The translations under genes were made by a program, and so were the position numbers. Of a stretch of 64,000 bases of DNA, positions 61,938-64,000 are shown one piece after another (positions within the stretch are counted from its first letter, which is position 1; each line of letters starts with the position of its first letter). Source of the stretch: Desulfobacteraceae bacterium (GTDB taxonomy: Bacteria; Desulfobacterota; Desulfobacteria; Desulfobacterales; JACKCP01); NCBI GenBank assembly GCA_020633955.1, contig JACKCP010000011.1, positions 24,027 to 88,026 of the forward strand. The letters are read 5' to 3'. Below the pieces are notes generated by a model, which was not told the origin of the DNA, did not search any database, and saw nothing but the letters and a program-made list of their open reading frames with translations.

Positions 61938-62512
61938 CAGCCGAAAAGATTTGAGATTTCATACCATGAATTTACTTCAATAAAATTGTTTGGAAGCCTG
62001 TTCCAGGGCTGGACAAAAACTACCGGCTCAAACCCGTTCTCCTTTAAATGAAAACAGGTTTCAATTCTGTCTTCCACCAGATATTTTTTTCTGAAATCAT
62101 GCAAAGCATCTGTTTTCGAATTAAAATCGCCTGTTGCAACAACATCAAATTTCGATTCATCAATATCAAGATAGTTTTTAACCCAGAGTTCTACAGGTTT
62201 TTTTTCAGGTCTTGCCGTTATAATCAGAAGCTTTTCACCTGCACTGACAAAATCTGTCAGAACATCCACTGCTCCGTCAATGGGCCTTAGATAGCTGTAG
62301 CAGTCTTCGCTTATTATCTTAAAACCTATATCCATAATAATTTCTTCTGAAACATCAAGACATTTTCTAAGGTCATAGTTTGTAATATCTGACACTGAAA
62401 TATCATTCCTTTGATATTCTTTTTTCATGAGAGCTACAAAAAGTCCCATGGTGTCGGCCATTACTCCATCAAAATCAAAGGCAATATCTTTTCTGTCAAT
62501 TTTAATTTCCAA
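61937..62512 (-). CDS. HAD-superfamily hydrolase (5'(3')-deoxyribonucleotidase-like)
   Basis: 191 aa. HAD motif I is AFDFDGVMADT, with LIITARP and a downstream acidic motif. The subfamily call is tentative. Confidence 0.6.
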   Translation of the reverse strand: MEIKIDRKDIAFDFDGVMADTMGLFVALMKKEYQRNDISVSDITNYDLRKCLDVSEEIIMDIGFKIISEDCYSYLRPIDGAVDVLTDFVSAGEKLLIITARPEKKPVELWVKNYLDIDESKFDVVATGDFNSKTDALHDFRKKYLVEDRIETCFHLKENGFEPVVFVQPWNRLPNNFIEVNSWYEISNLFG

Positions 62513-62692
62513 TTCTTTTTCCCGTCACTTATAATGCATAATAAAATTAATAGAAGTTATTCACACAAATCAGGTGTGTCAATTAAATAAATCTAATTTA
62601 ATATTGACTGAAATTCAAATAAACAGTTAATAAATACTAAAAAAGATTAATCCTTAAAAATATAAGCCAATTATAAAATCAACGGAGAAATC

Positions 62693-64000
62693 ATGCTCAT
62701 TCCAGTAATTCTAGCAGGAGGTTCAGGAACAAGACTTTGGCCGCTTTCAAGAAGGCTTTACCCAAAACAGCTAATTGAACTGACATCAGATAATACAATG
62801 CTTCAGGAAACAATTCTAAGGCTTGAAAATATAGAAAATCTTTCAGATCCAATAATTATCTGCAATGAAGAACACAGATTCATGGTTGCAGAACAGCTCA
62901 GACAGATCAGCATAGAGAGCCCTTCAATAATCCTGGAACCAGTTGCAAAAAACACTGCACCTGCAATAGCTGCTGCGGCTGTGAAAGCACTAGAACTTGA
63001 CAGCGACCCTACTTTAATTGTTCTTCCTGCAGACCACTATATCGGAGATATGGAAAACTTTAAAAAAAGTATTAAAACAGGTTATGAGGCTGCTGAAAAA
63101 GACCTTGTAATAACATTTGGGATTGTTCCATCATCTCCTGAAACAGGTTACGGCTATATTAAAAAGGGGGCTGCAGTTTCAGACCAGGTTTCAATGGTTG
63201 AAAAATTTGTTGAAAAGCCAGACCTTGAAACTGCAAAACAATATCTTGAATCAGGCAGATATTTATGGAACAGCGGAATGTTTATTTTCAAGGCAAAAAC
63301 AATTATTGAAGAATTTGAAAATAATTCTCCAGAGATTTTGAAATGTTCCAGAACTGCTGTTGAAAAAAGCAGTGTCGACCTTGACTTTATGAGGCTTGAC
63401 AGGGAAAGTTTCAGCCTTTCCCCTGAAGATTCAATAGATTATGCAATAATGGAAAAAACAAAGCGTGCTGCTGTTATTCCCATTTCATGCAAATGGAATG
63501 ACCTTGGCTCTTTTGAGGCTTTATGGCAGACAAAACAAAAAGATGAAAACAACAATGTAACTTACGGAGATGTTTATCTTTCAGATGTGAAAAACTCTTT
63601 TCTTCATTCCACATCCAGAATTGTTGCAGCAGTTGGAATTGAAGATCATGTTGTAATAGAAACATCAGATGCTGTTCTTGTTGCCTCAAGGGACAAGGTT
63701 CAGGATGTTAAAAAAATTGTTGAACAGCTCAAAAAAGACAAAAGAAATGAACCGGATATTCATAAAAAAGTTTACAGACCCTGGGGAAACTACGAAACAA
63801 TAGATATTTCCGAAAGATTTCAGGTAAAAAGACTTACAGTAAAGCCCGGAGAAAAACTTTCGGCACAAAAACACCACCACAGAGCAGAACACTGGGTTGT
63901 TGTAAAGGGGACTGCTGTTGTTACAAGGGGAGAAGATGAGATTCTTTTAAAGGAAGACGAATCAATATATATCCCCCTTGGAACTCTTCACAGACTTTAC
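62693..64000 (+). CDS. manC: mannose-1-phosphate guanylyltransferase / mannose-6-phosphate isomerase (partial, runs off window)
   Basis: This gene is absent from the ORF track because no stop lies in the window. It starts at ATG 62693 with a GGAGAA RBS and has 436 stop-free codons. Translation shows MLIPVILAGGSGTRLWPLSRR, EKPD, the cupin block HHHRAEHWVVVKGTA, and YIPLGTLHRL. Confidence 0.92.
   Translation, partial: MLIPVILAGGSGTRLWPLSRRLYPKQLIELTSDNTMLQETILRLENIENLSDPIIICNEEHRFMVAEQLRQISIESPSIILEPVAKNTAPAIAAAAVKALELDSDPTLIVLPADHYIGDMENFKKSIKTGYEAAEKDLVITFGIVPSSPETGYGYIKKGAAVSDQVSMVEKFVEKPDLETAKQYLESGRYLWNSGMFIFKAKTIIEEFENNSPEILKCSRTAVEKSSVDLDFMRLDRESFSLSPEDSIDYAIMEKTKRAAVIPISCKWNDLGSFEALWQTKQKDENNNVTYGDVYLSDVKNSFLHSTSRIVAAVGIEDHVVIETSDAVLVASRDKVQDVKKIVEQLKKDKRNEPDIHKKVYRPWGNYETIDISERFQVKRLTVKPGEKLSAQKHHHRAEHWVVVKGTAVVTRGEDEILLKEDESIYIPLGTLHRLY

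Overview
AT-rich (roughly mid-30s % GC by eye) bacterial chromosomal segment. Gene content and order suggest a Desulfobacterota-like organism: a nif3/Zn-ribbon/rnpB cluster, xerC-hslVU, type II NADH dehydrogenase, hemerythrin, and use of selenocysteine. This taxonomic call is low-confidence inference. The window is mostly housekeeping, with about 62 protein genes, 2 tRNAs and RNase P RNA. Proteostasis and secretion genes: clpS-clpA-aat-sbcB, secA, clpB, hslVU, map. Information processing genes: dnaG-rpoD-tRNA(CAT), rnpB, xerC, mutT, SmrB-like. Biosynthesis genes: argC, then argB-D-F-G-H about 45 kb further on, hisB, purB, folD, folK, ispD, pgsA, manC (runs off the 3' edge). I saw no CRISPR array, transposase, phage gene or recognisable defence island. 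The ORF track does not explain five things. (1) A self-contained four-gene operon (27892-33599) has three SPFH/band-7 paralogues, one fused to a ~290-aa polytopic domain, tightly coupled to a P1B-type ATPase. The ATPase lacks a metal-binding domain and has an atypical transmembrane metal signature. I do not recognise this as a described system, and it is my best candidate for something new. (2) A 105-codon HesB/IscA-like gene (46125-46442, minus) has an in-frame TGA. It is very probably a selenoprotein that the ORF track split and missed. (3) RNase P RNA (about 19586-19942, minus) sits inside a same-strand gene string, under spurious plus-strand ORFs. (4) A family of ~35-nt AT-rich intergenic repeats occurs in the window, once as a 126-bp MITE-like inverted pair. 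(5) A 437-aa protein carries a C-terminal HPr domain on an uncharacterised ~330-aa N-terminal domain. I moved several ORF-track starts to internal starts that have better Shine-Dalgarno support. All product calls rest on motif recognition by eye. No database search was run.
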